Below are positions 18,516-30,017 of a DNA stretch of 64,000 bases, piece by piece. A program made the position numbers and the translations under genes. Location of the stretch: the IMG/VR virus record IMGVR_UViG_3300021431_000096, positions 1-64,000 of that record; one strand, 5' to 3'. The notes below the pieces were generated by a model. The model was not told where the DNA came from, did not search any database, and saw nothing but the letters and a program-made list of their open reading frames with translations. The first letter of the stretch is position 1. Every line of letters starts with the position of its first letter. The stretch is from a virus. Lineage: Duplodnaviria > Caudoviricetes.

Positions 18516-21269
18516 ATGCACAGTGAGATTGATATTCAGGTGAACGGGCAGTCGATGGCGCTGCCACAGGACTTCTCGCTCGACGTGACGGAGGAGAACC
18601 CGCTGTTCCACGACGTTGAGATGCACAGCGACCCCGTGCAGGCGCCGATGGATGGCAACCGCCATATCTTCGGCAACGTGGACGACCCGCAGAGCCACCA
18701 ACGGCCTGTGGACTTGGAGCACACCCCCGCCAAATGGTCGGTCAGCGGCATCCCGTTCCGCAGCGGTACCATCGCCATTCAGGAGGACGACGAGCTGGAC
18801 GGCGCCTTCTCCTTTAACATCGACGAAGCCCGCCAGTCATTCAATGATCTTATCGGCGACCTGAAGTGTCAGGATGTACCTTTATATAATAACGAACTTA
18901 TCCCCATCGGCGAGAAGGTGTGCGACGTGAACGTGGAGCTCAGCGTCGAGGTGGACGTGCGCTGCAAGGTGAGCAGCACCTTCGGTTACGTGAAGGGTGA
19001 TTTCCTGAACAACCGCCCTTGGTCTGTCAGTGGTCAGTTCGATCCGCAGGCCCTCGGTTTCTCGTTCCCCGGCAAGGCCAACGTCAGTTCGTCGAACAAC
19101 AAGCCACGCACCTACCCAGAGGGCATCTCGGTGAACCACCCCGCAAAGACAAAGGACTACATCAACGTGAGCGAGCCCTACGAGTCCAACGGCGGCGTGC
19201 CAGCAGCGGGGAAGTTCCGCTATTGCAACGCCCGCGTCTGCTACACCCACCACGGGCTGAACGCCGACAAGGCCAGCGGTGAGACCACGGCGGAGGGCGG
19301 TCAGAAGATTGCAGGCACCATCGGCGAGACCACCGACGACATCATGAAGGTGGACGACAACTACGGCACGTATGAGAATTACGGCCCTTATTGGGTGTTA
19401 GATGCCGACCGCCAGCAGTCGGGCATCTGTTTCTATGTCTTATATTTCCTCGACTGTCTCTTTAATCACCTCGGCGTGGTGTTCGACAACTCGGCATTGA
19501 CCGCCATCGAAGATTTACGAAGACTCTGCTTCTTCACCACCAAATGTAAATTCATGACCGACACGGCGCATCCCGTGCAGACGCTCAGCGGCATCGACGC
19601 CATCAACAAGTGGCTCGACGACCGTGGCTGTGGCGGACGCATCGAGTTCCCCGACAGCGACGAGAAGAACTTCGACGAGGCGGGCGACTCGATTACCGTC
19701 TACGACTACGACACGCAGCGGGAGTATAAGATTATCGCCGGTCAGCTGGTGCATGGCGTCGGTCAGGTGGAGAGTTTCAAGACCTACGCGACGGTGCAGA
19801 GCGTCACCTCTGCCACGGCGAAGGTCTGCACGATGTACGCCACGAACGAGAACTTCCCCGACGAGGCGGTCTCGACCGTCATCAGCAGTCTGGAGAACTC
19901 CTTCGGCATCCGCTTCCATTACGACTACCAGCATAACAAAGTCACCGCTTATCTGCTGCGCGACGTGTTCCGCCAGAAGGACGGCAGCGGCAACGCCCTC
20001 GCGCCGATTACGCTGCCCTGCACGGTGCTGAAGGTGAACAAACTGAGCGAGAAGATTACAGGCGTCCGCATGAAATACTCCGCCGAGAGCGACGGCAAGG
20101 AGCAGATGGAGAACATCCGACGGGCAAAGCGCGACTATGACACGGACTTCGACTATATCGACTACCGTCAGGACCGCACGAAGGTGTCTGCAGACGGCTA
20201 CAAAAGCATCGCCAGCGACCTGAAGACCGAGAACGTCACCTGCTACGTCGACCTGAACACCGCCGATGCCTTCCGCTTCAAGATATCGAAGGACGTGGAC
20301 TCGGGCGACGTGGCCTATCACCGTCTGTTTGAGGTCGGACAGTTCCACGGCATCGAGGTGGGCGACTGTTCGCCAGCCAACGAGGACTTCATCAAGGAGT
20401 TCGTCTCGGATTTCCAGCCTATGTCCTGGAACGACGTGAATGCCTATGCCGAGCTGAAGAAGGGTTCGACGGAACCCATCCTCGCGGCCTATATCGACGA
20501 GGACATGGAGCATGAGTTCGTGACGCAGAAGATCAACCACCCCGTCTATACCGACAAGGTGGACATCTACGCCTCCGAGGTGCTGCGGCTCGTGGAGTCG
20601 TATGACCCGACGGGTACCGAGGACGGCAATTCGCCGCTGCAGGATATGGACTGGGGACTGGCCATCGCCATCATGCGCGGCGGCGGCACCGATGCCACTG
20701 TGCAGAATTTCGACAGGAATTACGATAATTTTGACAATTCAAAATGGCGGCAGGTCGCTGGCGGCTATGCGATGTCGAGCGACTCGATGGACCAGTACGG
20801 CACGCAGTATGACTATAACGGCACGCAGGAGGGTATCGGCGACGGCGAGCGGTTCTCGCTGAAGATTCGTTCGTGGAAGCCATTCCTCTATTATAATGAT
20901 TCAAGCGGCAAGACCCATGTCACCAGCGACCTCTCGCTCGAAGGCAAGCCCGTGGAGGGTGTCAGCGGCAAGACATGGCTCAAGCCGTGTAACGCCGACG
21001 AGAAAGACAGCAGCGGCAAGGTCGTCAAGCGCATCGCCACACGCGGTCTGGCCGACGTGTTCATGGCGGAGGTCATCCACTTCTTCCTGAAGCGCCGCAA
21101 GCTGCGCATCCACCTCCTCGCCGAGGCAGCCGCGCTTGTTGATATCCCGAACCACTGGCGCCGCCGTTTCCGCATCGGCGACAACGTGGGGTATATCGAC
21201 AAGATCAACTATTCCATCTCAGCCGAGACGGGCATCGGCGAAGTCACCATCGACCTCTTTGAGATTTAG
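18516..21269 (+). CDS. Tail/baseplate structural protein
   Basis: 917 aa; N-terminal LP.DFSLD..EENPLF..V.M.S.P motif; position in the structural block. Confidence 0.55.
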   Translation: MHSEIDIQVNGQSMALPQDFSLDVTEENPLFHDVEMHSDPVQAPMDGNRHIFGNVDDPQSHQRPVDLEHTPAKWSVSGIPFRSGTIAIQEDDELDGAFSFNIDEARQSFNDLIGDLKCQDVPLYNNELIPIGEKVCDVNVELSVEVDVRCKVSSTFGYVKGDFLNNRPWSVSGQFDPQALGFSFPGKANVSSSNNKPRTYPEGISVNHPAKTKDYINVSEPYESNGGVPAAGKFRYCNARVCYTHHGLNADKASGETTAEGGQKIAGTIGETTDDIMKVDDNYGTYENYGPYWVLDADRQQSGICFYVLYFLDCLFNHLGVVFDNSALTAIEDLRRLCFFTTKCKFMTDTAHPVQTLSGIDAINKWLDDRGCGGRIEFPDSDEKNFDEAGDSITVYDYDTQREYKIIAGQLVHGVGQVESFKTYATVQSVTSATAKVCTMYATNENFPDEAVSTVISSLENSFGIRFHYDYQHNKVTAYLLRDVFRQKDGSGNALAPITLPCTVLKVNKLSEKITGVRMKYSAESDGKEQMENIRRAKRDYDTDFDYIDYRQDRTKVSADGYKSIASDLKTENVTCYVDLNTADAFRFKISKDVDSGDVAYHRLFEVGQFHGIEVGDCSPANEDFIKEFVSDFQPMSWNDVNAYAELKKGSTEPILAAYIDEDMEHEFVTQKINHPVYTDKVDIYASEVLRLVESYDPTGTEDGNSPLQDMDWGLAIAIMRGGGTDATVQNFDRNYDNFDNSKWRQVAGGYAMSSDSMDQYGTQYDYNGTQEGIGDGERFSLKIRSWKPFLYYNDSSGKTHVTSDLSLEGKPVEGVSGKTWLKPCNADEKDSSGKVVKRIATRGLADVFMAEVIHFFLKRRKLRIHLLAEAAALVDIPNHWRRRFRIGDNVGYIDKINYSISAETGIGEVTIDLFEI

Positions 21270-21299
21270 TTCATAGTTCAAAATTCAAAGTTCATAGTT

Positions 21300-22310
21300 A
21301 TGGCAACCAATCTTAAACTCTATTCGGGTTCCAAGCTGATAGGCAGTCCTGTTGTATTCGAGGTGACGGCGCACAACCTTGATGCCAGTGCGACGTTCCA
21401 CCAGGTGCGCATTGTGCTGACTGCCAACGCCTCGGTGTTCGAGTTCTCGCAGCCCGCTTCCAACGGCGAGAAGTTGTACTTCGACATCAGCAGCGCCTTC
21501 CGCGCACTCGCCGAGAAGTATGAGTACACCGCAGCAGGCATCAACCCTATTCCTAACGGCGGCTATCCCAGTTACGGCAATGCCGCCGGTGACAATATCA
21601 AGGCTTGCGACGACTATCTGCTCAACGGTGTGGAGCACCGTGGCGAGCATGAGGTGACCGGTACGCTCGCAGGACCGTACTACCAAGGCTATCTTACCGA
21701 TCGCGAGCGGTTGCTATATGGCACGAATGTCCAGGAGTTGCCGTCGCAGTGGAGCCGTAAGCCTAAGTCGGCATCGCCGGAGATTTGCTTTATCGGCAAT
21801 CCGCACTTGCATGCCGGAGCGTTCGGCAATAATCCGTCGGTATCATCTACCCAAGTCACCAAGGGCATGCAGACCATCGGCGGACATCAGATTTATGGTA
21901 TCAACCAGCCTGCTGACGGCTTCGAGCTGCGCTTCATCAACTCCCTCGGCGTTCACGAGAATGTCTTCATCACCTGTCTGCGCCAGAGCGAGGTGAACAT
22001 CAAGAACGATTTCTACACCATTGCAAGGCTGGAAACGTTGAAGAAATTCTCCCGTGGCGTCAGTGTGAAGCAGAACGACTACGAGACGTGGAAGATGTCG
22101 AGCGGCCCCGTTGACCGCGCCTGGCAGCAGTGGTGGCTCCATGAGCCGCTGATGGCAAAGTGGGCGTGGCTCAACGTCGACAGCCAGTGGCTGCCCGTGC
22201 ATATCGTCCCAGAGGAGACTACCGTCGGCATCGACCGCGCCAAGGGCAACCTGCTCGAAGTGCAGTTCACCCTCCGCTTCGACATCAATGGATCGCCGTT
22301 CAAATCATAA
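21300..22310 (+). CDS. Tail-associated structural protein
   Basis: FINSLGV.E...SSGP....W..WW..E.L.....W......W.PV motif typical of Bacteroidota phage tail-tip genes. Confidence 0.5.
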   Translation: MATNLKLYSGSKLIGSPVVFEVTAHNLDASATFHQVRIVLTANASVFEFSQPASNGEKLYFDISSAFRALAEKYEYTAAGINPIPNGGYPSYGNAAGDNIKACDDYLLNGVEHRGEHEVTGTLAGPYYQGYLTDRERLLYGTNVQELPSQWSRKPKSASPEICFIGNPHLHAGAFGNNPSVSSTQVTKGMQTIGGHQIYGINQPADGFELRFINSLGVHENVFITCLRQSEVNIKNDFYTIARLETLKKFSRGVSVKQNDYETWKMSSGPVDRAWQQWWLHEPLMAKWAWLNVDSQWLPVHIVPEETTVGIDRAKGNLLEVQFTLRFDINGSPFKS

Positions 22311-22370
22311 AGCTCAAAGTTCAAAGCTCAAAGTTCAAAGCTCAAAGTTCAAAGCTCAAAGTTCAAAGTT
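22305..22370 (+). repeat. Heptamer tandem array (TCAAAG[C/T])n
   Basis: About 9 units directly upstream of ATG 22372; similar arrays at 21270-21298 and 30681-30717. Confidence 0.85.
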
Positions 22371-22371
22371 T

Positions 22372-25300
22372 ATGGCAGTCACGATAACAACCGCAGCGAA
22401 TTATTGGATAGCACCCAACGCCCTCACCATCACGCTCAATGCGCTTGGCGAGGCTAACCGCATACAGGCCAGCGTGGCCAGCGGCGCAGTCATTATGGTA
22501 TATATGCGAGGCATCAAACCCGCAGACCCGTCAGACCCCGACACGGCCCTGAACGGCGACGGGCTTGAGTTTGACAACGGTCACAACTACCGCCGCTGGC
22601 CGCTCAGCATCTCGCCAACGTACTTCAATTCAAACGACGAGAAGTACATCTATGTCGCCATCCCGCGAAAGGCGAGTGTCGGCACTGACGCCGTGGTAGT
22701 GTTCCCGTCGCAGAAACTCGACATCTATGGTTACTCGATCAAGGAGGTGCCGAAGCGCAACGCCCGTGGTCAGATGATTGACGAGGACGGCTACCCGACC
22801 GATGACATCACCAAGGCTGTGAAGGAGGAGGAACAGGACGAGCAGCTCGGTACCGACGACTACTGGTACGTCTGGCTGCAGGGCATCATCACCGAGACCA
22901 ACGGCACGAGCCTGCGCGACTGGGACGCCCACTGCGAGAGCGGCTACCTCGACTCCGACGAGGCCATCTCATCACTGGAGACAGACTGGTACAAATGGGA
23001 TCCGATTTCGGGCACGGTGACGTTCCTGAAAGAAATCTTTATGGACGCTGGCAGCATCTTCAGCAATCTGAAGGCGAAGGTGGCCGAGATTGCCGACCTG
23101 AACGTGACCAACCTGCTCGACGCCATCAAGGCAAAGATTGACGATATCCGTTCGCATAACTTCGAGGAGGGACTGACCGACGGCAACGGCTTCCGTCTGA
23201 CCGCCGACAACGGCGAGGGAAACAGCGAACTGGAGGTGGATTTTTTGAAAGTCCGTAAGAAGGCTACGTTCATGGAACTCGAAATCCGCAAAGAGACGTT
23301 TGTCGGCGGCAACCAGAACTATTCGCCTGCCGGATCGGTCATCTACCGCGTGGAATACCTCGACGTGAACAACGAACCGCTCGGTTATAAGACAAAGAAA
23401 GTGCCCTGGCTGTTGAAGGGATTCGCCTTCCTTGGCGGTCCGTTTGCCGGAGCCTACCATCTCGCCACGAAGCGCCGCGTCTATGTCGGCATGACCGACG
23501 AGGAGTGGCCGAAGTGCCACCATTTCCGCTGCTATCTGATTTCCGACGACGGCACCACCGCCACCCGCAACTGGTGGCGCTACGGCGACCAGGCCAAGTG
23601 CCAGAGTTTCAATAAAGCCGCGTCGGTGCAGAGCAAGCACGATAATACTTATAACTCTGGTACGAGCGTCGTGCCCGATCCCGCCACGCCGATGGCGGAG
23701 AAGACCTACGCCTCGCAGCCCGTGGAGACCTCTTACTGGTGGCGCATGGTGACGAACACGGGCTCGAAATTGCTGGAGGACGGCTATGTGTATGACTTCG
23801 TGGACTTCCCTTACGAGGGCTGGGATGTGGTCATCGGCGGCACCCGTCACCGCTATTCAGAGATAGAGAAGAAAGGTTTCCGCGACCCAGGCAGCGGCAT
23901 GCCTATGGCTGGCGACACGCTCGTCTGCATCGGCAACCGCATTGAGGAAGACCGCATGAACCTGATCAATCTCAGCACGACGGGTGACGATAACGACCCG
24001 CCGTCGATACGTGGCTACCGTGGCATCCATAATTTCAAGATGGAGAGGAGCAATCAGGTATTCAAGATTTCGCCGGAGGAGACACTGTTCCGCTCGAAGC
24101 GGTTCTATCTGCTGAATGACGACGACGAAGCCTTCCGTGTGCCGCTCGAAAGGGGAGAGTGGGAGATGGGTCAGCGCTACCACTGGTACGACCGTGTGTC
24201 GTGGGACGGCAGCATCTGGCTCTGCGTCGTGGCCGACGAATATGTATGGCAGGACGCTAACGGCAACGACTACCGCGAACTCGACGTGACCGACATCGAC
24301 CAGGGCGAAGGCTCGTTCACCTACTACGCCTACGACCGTCAGATTCCCGACCTCGACGAGGACGGTCGCGAGGACGGCGACCTCGTATATAGCGGCACAG
24401 ACCACTACTATGCCACGGGCAAAGTCGGTTCGACTACTGTCTATAAGATAAAGGTATATACCTACTTGGAGCCTTCCGACGAGCACAACGCCGTCTGGCT
24501 CTGCGAGGTCAGCAAGGGTACGGAGATTACCCGCAGCGAGATTCACTATGCCGCCTCGCTCGACGGTATCAACCATCCCGACGACGAGAGCGATGACTGG
24601 AAGGACACCATCGAGGCAACGGGCGTGCTGGCAGGTCAGTACCTGTGGACGCGCACCACCACCTACTACCGCGACAAAAACGACCCCGACCGCGAGCCGA
24701 CGCGGACGTATAGCGTTGCCCGCTGGGGCATCGACGGCGACGGCATCAGCGAGATTGACTCCTACTATACCTGTATGTTGGAGGAAGTCAACGACATGGC
24801 CACGTATGAGAAGACCCACACCGTGTCGTGGTACTATACCTTTGAATCGGCCATTGCCGCCACGGGCAAGACCATCGGCGAGTTGCAGGGTTGGTATATT
24901 TGGGAGAAGACTCAAATCGTCTATGACATGGCACCTGCTCCCGATGGCAGCGCCCGTCCGAAGCCCGACCTGGTTAACTACCGCGTCAGCCGTATCGGTC
25001 AGGACGGCCAGATCGGGCAGGAGGAATACTACTGCCTGCGTGAGTACGACACCTACGAAAAGGCGTTCCCGCCGTCGTTCGACTGGGCGGCACCGTTCGA
25101 CGTGGGCATCCAGTGGTACAACCAGCGCAACCCCGCCGCTGACGACTGGAGGCTGTTCAACAGCGACAGCTGGGTGGATAAGATTTGCACAGAGCAGACG
25201 AAACAGTATGACCCGTGGAAGCAGACCACGCGGCACCCGAACTGTCCCGTATGGTCGCCGATTATGCCTGCTTACGACGAGAACAAACCGACGTTTAAGT

Positions 25301-28300
25301 TTCTGTGGAACTTCGAGCAGCGCGTCGATGGCATGGGTACGCAGTACGCCACGAAGCCCATCTGCATCGGCAACCATGCCCGTGGCATCAAGGGTGTGAT
25401 AGAGTTCTATGCCCTGTCCGCCTCGCAGACGCCGAAGAGCGCCTCGATACTCATTCCGCAGGACCTCTACGACAAGAACGGCTACGGTGTGATTCCCACC
25501 AGCGGCTTCACTGACAAGCAGGTGTGGAGCGACGAGAAGTACGACCGCGCCCCGACGGAGCAGCTGCCGTATCAGTGGAACTGGACACGGACGCTCTACG
25601 ACGTGGCCGATGCTAACGGCAAGACCTATGAGGATCATTATCATGTCTCGTCGGTGAAAGGCACCAAGGGTGAGGACGGTGCCGGTGTGGAGTATATCTA
25701 CTGCCGCACAGCCGATGCAAACCCTCCGCAGGGATATCTGAACCATAATGGTAACGTGACAGGGTGGGGACATGTCACAGAGAACGAGGGCAAGACTATC
25801 AATGGCGTTTGGGTTCCGCGCTGCAGGTATGAGGATGACTTTGTGCCTGATGCGAAGACCGTCAGCGGCGTCACCTACACGTGGACCGACAATCCGATGG
25901 GCATTACGCAGGAATATCCCTATGAGTGGGTGTGTGAGCGTAAGAGTGAGTCGTACCTGCTCAACGGCAAGTTCTCCGGCGGACATATCTGGGGAGAGTT
26001 CTCCGCGCCGAAGGAGCGGTCGAAATGGGGCTACAACGGCGAGGACGGCGACGGCACGGAGTATGTGTTCATGCGGACGAGCAAGGACGTGGCCCCGGCG
26101 TTTAGCACCAACGACGTGATTTCCGGCTACACCAGCGACTACAAGAGCGACGAGTGGCGGCCATATATCAATAATAAGGATGCCTGCGGAGCGGAGAGCA
26201 ACCGCACGACCGACGACCCGAAGGGCACCTCCCGCGACTGGCCCTACGAGTGGGTGGCCAAGCGCAACAAGGCCGCTGCCGCCTCGAAGACCGCCGGCGA
26301 GACGCAGGGACAGCGCCAGTGGAAGTCTTATTATGAATGCACTGCAGACAACTCGCACAAGATGTCGAAATGGAGCACCTACTCGACGCTCAGGCTCGAC
26401 ATCGACAACGAGATGGACATGATACCGACGGAGAGCGACAACAAAATCAGTGCCGCCCGCACGGTGCAGACCGTCGTGCATTTCTACGACGGCTCGACGG
26501 AGGTGAACATCAGTGCCGCCACGCTCAGCGTCACGGGAGGCCCCGCCGATAGCATCGCCACTTACAGCCATGCCGCTCAGGGCTATGGACAGAAACTGTC
26601 GTGGTCGTTCATCGCCGGCAAGACGATGGCCGACGCCTATAACATCACCATAGGCTACACCTACAACGGCATCACCTACACGGCGGTATTCACCGTCTCT
26701 GCGTCGAAGGGACAGCGCATCTATCAGCTGCGCCCGAGCCATTCGTCGCTCATCTGCAAGCGCAACACGAACAACACACTGGCCGATCCAGACCCGTTGT
26801 CGCTGATTATCGACCGCATCGACGGCAACAGCACGACACAAATCAGCAGTCCCACAGCGGATGCCACCTATAAGGACGGCGATGTGACGCTGACTGTGAA
26901 ATATAGCACCACGTCGATGCCGACTTCTGCAAGCAGCGGCTCGTCGTGGCCCAAGGCGAACAGCGTGCAGATATCAGGGTCTGGCAGCGTCACGAACGTC
27001 TATCTCGCCCTGTTCAATAGCAGCGGCGTGCTCCTCGACCGCGAGACAGTCCCGGTAGTTCGCGACGGCAAGAACGGCGAGAACACCGTCCGTCTCGACC
27101 TCGACAACGAGAACGACTCGATGCTCTATACGGGTGGCGGCACGCTCGTCAGCGGCAATGTCACTTCGACCGCCTATATGTTCGACGGTGCGAGCGACGT
27201 GTCTGGTTCTACCACGTTCTCCATCAGCGCGAGGGAGGGTTGCACCAGCAGTCAGGCCACCATCAGCGGTCGTGTCATCACCGTGACGGGCATCAACGCG
27301 GCTACGGCAAAAGTCACCGTGCAGGGTGTCTATAAGGACGGCAACAACAATACACATACGAAGACTGCCGTGCTGACGATCAAGAAAATCGTGGACGGCG
27401 ACAAGTACGACCTCGTGATATCGCCGAACGCCATTCCCTACAACGCCACCACGGACACGCCTGCAGAGACCACCGTGTCAATCAAGGTCTACAAGACGTC
27501 GGTGAACAGCAGCGGCGGCGCTACCCGCGCTCTCTCCGCCCCGCCATCCGGCTATAGCGTCTTTGCAGGCAGCATGGCGCTCGACGCCTCGTCGACGGGC
27601 ACCTACTCGACGAAGACGGACAACAGCGAGATAAGTTCGCTGACCGTGAAGATTGCCAAAAGTGCCACCTCTACGGACATCCTCGACATCGAGACCATCC
27701 CCATCGCGAAGGTTGAGAACGGCAAGAGCGTCACGAAGAAGAGCGAGAGCTACCGATATGCGACGAACAGTACCGGCACGCGGCCTGCGGCATCATCGTC
27801 CGACTGGCAGACCACGAAGCCGACGCTGCAGCAGGGCTACTGGCTCTATACCGAGACTACCATCACCTGGAGCGACAACTCGACCACCGTGCTCTACACC
27901 GACGAGCGCAATCCGAACGATGGCGTGGCCGGTCAGGACATCATCGTCGATGGCTCGACCGAGATGAAGTACTACGTGGGCGACTCGAACACGTCGCACC
28001 CTGCCGAGTCGAGCTCAGATTGGAAGGACCTGTCGCAGGTTACGCAGACGCAGGGCAAGTGGCTCTGGTCGAAGGCCACCACCTACTACCGCAAGGCTTC
28101 GTCAGCAGCGGGCAGCAAGGATGCCGGCCATTCGGTGAACTACAACGTGAGCTACATCTCGAAGGACGGTGCCGCAGGTCGTGCCGTAACAGGAATCACG
28201 GAATACTACAAGGCCACCAGCAGCAACGCCGAGATGCCTGTGCCTACGACCGACAGCGGATGGAGCACCAACCCGAACGTGTCGAACTGGGGCGCCACCG

Positions 28301-29766
28301 ACAAGTACCTGTGGAACTACGAGAAGGTGACATACAGCAGCGGCACGACCGTGGAGCGCACCAAGCCGCAGATCGTGGCCATCTGGACGAAGGACGGCAA
28401 GGGTATCGACTCCATCACCAATTATTATAAAATCACCTCGTCGGCCACGGCTCCGTCAAGACCATCCACCGACGGCGGCGACGGCTGGGATGATGACCCG
28501 ACAGCCCCCGGCGCAGGCGAATACCTCTGGAACTACGAGAAAGTGACCTACACCGACGGCTCCGTCTTCCGCTCAGAAGTCCAACTCATCGGACATGTGG
28601 GAAAGGACGGTCAGAATGGCAAAGACGGTAAAGACGGCAAGGATGGCAAGGATGGCAAAGACGGTCAGGACGGAGCAGCAGGCCACGTAGGCCGCTGGTA
28701 CTACTATGCAGGCGAGTGGAATGCCACCACGAAGTATAAGTTCGAGGCGACCAAGGCGCCCTACGTGAAGCGCGGCAGCAACTTCTATATGCTGGACTGC
28801 GCTGCATGGCCGTCCACGCAGCAGTCGAGCTCGACGTACACCAGCAAGGACGAAGACCCGGCCGACTCGGACTTCAACAAGGGCAACCCGTGGAGCCAGA
28901 TGACAGCCGTGTTCAAGTACATCATCACCGAGGCTATCTTTTCTGGTTATGCACATCTCGGCTCGTTCATCATCAACGGCGACTGGCTGATCTCACAGAG
29001 CGGCACCATGTACGGCACCGACGGCTCCGCACACACAATAGGGCCTGGTACTTCGTGGAACTATCCCGGCGGCTCGTACACGATTTACAACTCATACGAG
29101 AAGTTCGACCCGTCGTATCCGAACTCGTCGAAGTCTGGCGTCGTCAACTTCGCCCCGAACTATGCCGTGGACGGCAAGACGGGCAAGACGTATCAGAACG
29201 ATGCGTATGTGAAGGGCACGATAAGTGCCGACGGTTCGTTCATTGCAAAGAACGCCAATGGTGCCGGTGTGGTGATGGTCAACGGTGGCACCACATCCAC
29301 CACGACCAACGAGACGGGCGTTACAGTCCTTGATGCGGCAGGTATCTATTCGCGTACGAATCAAGACGGATTCCGCCTGAACGCCAGCAATGGTCTGCAG
29401 CGATACGACTCGCGTAACGGATGGGGTCCGATGTTTGCCGGGCGCCGCGTGGACAAGGTAACTGCAGCAAAGACGCTCGACGATACCTATGACTTCATTA
29501 TCGCCGACCCGTCGAACTATTCCGGCGGTTTCACCATCACCCTGCCATACAATCCGCCCGACGGAAAAATCATCACTATACAGTGTACGAGTTATGATCG
29601 TTGGGTGGACGTACAGCGGAACACGATTGGCTACATCAAGGTGCTCGGACAGGCATCGGGACTGCCAGCCAATACCTTCGTGAAGGTGAGGATATCCAAC
29701 TTCGAGCGAGGCGAGTTCGTCGCTTTCGGCGGCAACTGGTATGCAACGAAGTCGGCTTGGGATTAA
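22372..29766 (+). CDS. Large tail fibre / central tail protein (~2464 aa)
   Basis: SELEVDFLKVRKKATFMELEIR motif; many YLW.R/YEKVTY repeats; LDLDNE.D repeats; collagen-like GKD repeats at 28600-28680. Start moved past the heptamer array. Confidence 0.8.
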   Translation: MAVTITTAANYWIAPNALTITLNALGEANRIQASVASGAVIMVYMRGIKPADPSDPDTALNGDGLEFDNGHNYRRWPLSISPTYFNSNDEKYIYVAIPRKASVGTDAVVVFPSQKLDIYGYSIKEVPKRNARGQMIDEDGYPTDDITKAVKEEEQDEQLGTDDYWYVWLQGIITETNGTSLRDWDAHCESGYLDSDEAISSLETDWYKWDPISGTVTFLKEIFMDAGSIFSNLKAKVAEIADLNVTNLLDAIKAKIDDIRSHNFEEGLTDGNGFRLTADNGEGNSELEVDFLKVRKKATFMELEIRKETFVGGNQNYSPAGSVIYRVEYLDVNNEPLGYKTKKVPWLLKGFAFLGGPFAGAYHLATKRRVYVGMTDEEWPKCHHFRCYLISDDGTTATRNWWRYGDQAKCQSFNKAASVQSKHDNTYNSGTSVVPDPATPMAEKTYASQPVETSYWWRMVTNTGSKLLEDGYVYDFVDFPYEGWDVVIGGTRHRYSEIEKKGFRDPGSGMPMAGDTLVCIGNRIEEDRMNLINLSTTGDDNDPPSIRGYRGIHNFKMERSNQVFKISPEETLFRSKRFYLLNDDDEAFRVPLERGEWEMGQRYHWYDRVSWDGSIWLCVVADEYVWQDANGNDYRELDVTDIDQGEGSFTYYAYDRQIPDLDEDGREDGDLVYSGTDHYYATGKVGSTTVYKIKVYTYLEPSDEHNAVWLCEVSKGTEITRSEIHYAASLDGINHPDDESDDWKDTIEATGVLAGQYLWTRTTTYYRDKNDPDREPTRTYSVARWGIDGDGISEIDSYYTCMLEEVNDMATYEKTHTVSWYYTFESAIAATGKTIGELQGWYIWEKTQIVYDMAPAPDGSARPKPDLVNYRVSRIGQDGQIGQEEYYCLREYDTYEKAFPPSFDWAAPFDVGIQWYNQRNPAADDWRLFNSDSWVDKICTEQTKQYDPWKQTTRHPNCPVWSPIMPAYDENKPTFKFLWNFEQRVDGMGTQYATKPICIGNHARGIKGVIEFYALSASQTPKSASILIPQDLYDKNGYGVIPTSGFTDKQVWSDEKYDRAPTEQLPYQWNWTRTLYDVADANGKTYEDHYHVSSVKGTKGEDGAGVEYIYCRTADANPPQGYLNHNGNVTGWGHVTENEGKTINGVWVPRCRYEDDFVPDAKTVSGVTYTWTDNPMGITQEYPYEWVCERKSESYLLNGKFSGGHIWGEFSAPKERSKWGYNGEDGDGTEYVFMRTSKDVAPAFSTNDVISGYTSDYKSDEWRPYINNKDACGAESNRTTDDPKGTSRDWPYEWVAKRNKAAAASKTAGETQGQRQWKSYYECTADNSHKMSKWSTYSTLRLDIDNEMDMIPTESDNKISAARTVQTVVHFYDGSTEVNISAATLSVTGGPADSIATYSHAAQGYGQKLSWSFIAGKTMADAYNITIGYTYNGITYTAVFTVSASKGQRIYQLRPSHSSLICKRNTNNTLADPDPLSLIIDRIDGNSTTQISSPTADATYKDGDVTLTVKYSTTSMPTSASSGSSWPKANSVQISGSGSVTNVYLALFNSSGVLLDRETVPVVRDGKNGENTVRLDLDNENDSMLYTGGGTLVSGNVTSTAYMFDGASDVSGSTTFSISAREGCTSSQATISGRVITVTGINAATAKVTVQGVYKDGNNNTHTKTAVLTIKKIVDGDKYDLVISPNAIPYNATTDTPAETTVSIKVYKTSVNSSGGATRALSAPPSGYSVFAGSMALDASSTGTYSTKTDNSEISSLTVKIAKSATSTDILDIETIPIAKVENGKSVTKKSESYRYATNSTGTRPAASSSDWQTTKPTLQQGYWLYTETTITWSDNSTTVLYTDERNPNDGVAGQDIIVDGSTEMKYYVGDSNTSHPAESSSDWKDLSQVTQTQGKWLWSKATTYYRKASSAAGSKDAGHSVNYNVSYISKDGAAGRAVTGITEYYKATSSNAEMPVPTTDSGWSTNPNVSNWGATDKYLWNYEKVTYSSGTTVERTKPQIVAIWTKDGKGIDSITNYYKITSSATAPSRPSTDGGDGWDDDPTAPGAGEYLWNYEKVTYTDGSVFRSEVQLIGHVGKDGQNGKDGKDGKDGKDGKDGQDGAAGHVGRWYYYAGEWNATTKYKFEATKAPYVKRGSNFYMLDCAAWPSTQQSSSTYTSKDEDPADSDFNKGNPWSQMTAVFKYIITEAIFSGYAHLGSFIINGDWLISQSGTMYGTDGSAHTIGPGTSWNYPGGSYTIYNSYEKFDPSYPNSSKSGVVNFAPNYAVDGKTGKTYQNDAYVKGTISADGSFIAKNANGAGVVMVNGGTTSTTTNETGVTVLDAAGIYSRTNQDGFRLNASNGLQRYDSRNGWGPMFAGRRVDKVTAAKTLDDTYDFIIADPSNYSGGFTITLPYNPPDGKIITIQCTSYDRWVDVQRNTIGYIKVLGQASGLPANTFVKVRISNFERGEFVAFGGNWYATKSAWD

Positions 29767-29873
29767 TAAAAATCGGTCTTGCGGGGCGGCCCTCGAGGCC
29801 CATTGTCCCAAAATTTTTCGGGCACGACACTAAATTTGTCGGTAGAAAACGCGGGCGGTCGGCAGAGAGTCCC

Positions 29874-29969
29874 CGCAGGTGGTACGACGTATCACATGGC
29901 GGCTGGCACGACGGAACACCTCGCAGGTGATACGACGTAGCACCCGGCAGGTGGCACGACGGACGCGCC
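29874..29969 (+). repeat. 4 x 24-bp degenerate tandem repeat upstream of an HU-like gene
   Basis: Units start at 29874, 29898, 29922 and 29946; core GC(A/G)G.TG..ACGACG. Confidence 0.8.
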
Positions 29970-30017
29970 GCAGACAGAAAAAAAAGAATATTCACCAACA
30001 ACAAAAAAGTAACAATT

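Noticed and set aside
23857-26841. 994-aa antisense ORF and other long - strand ORFs (11408-12784, 30731-31939, 32282-33679, 35801-37156)
   Set aside because: Shadow frames of high-GC3 + strand genes; Val/Ala/Arg-rich with no motifs.
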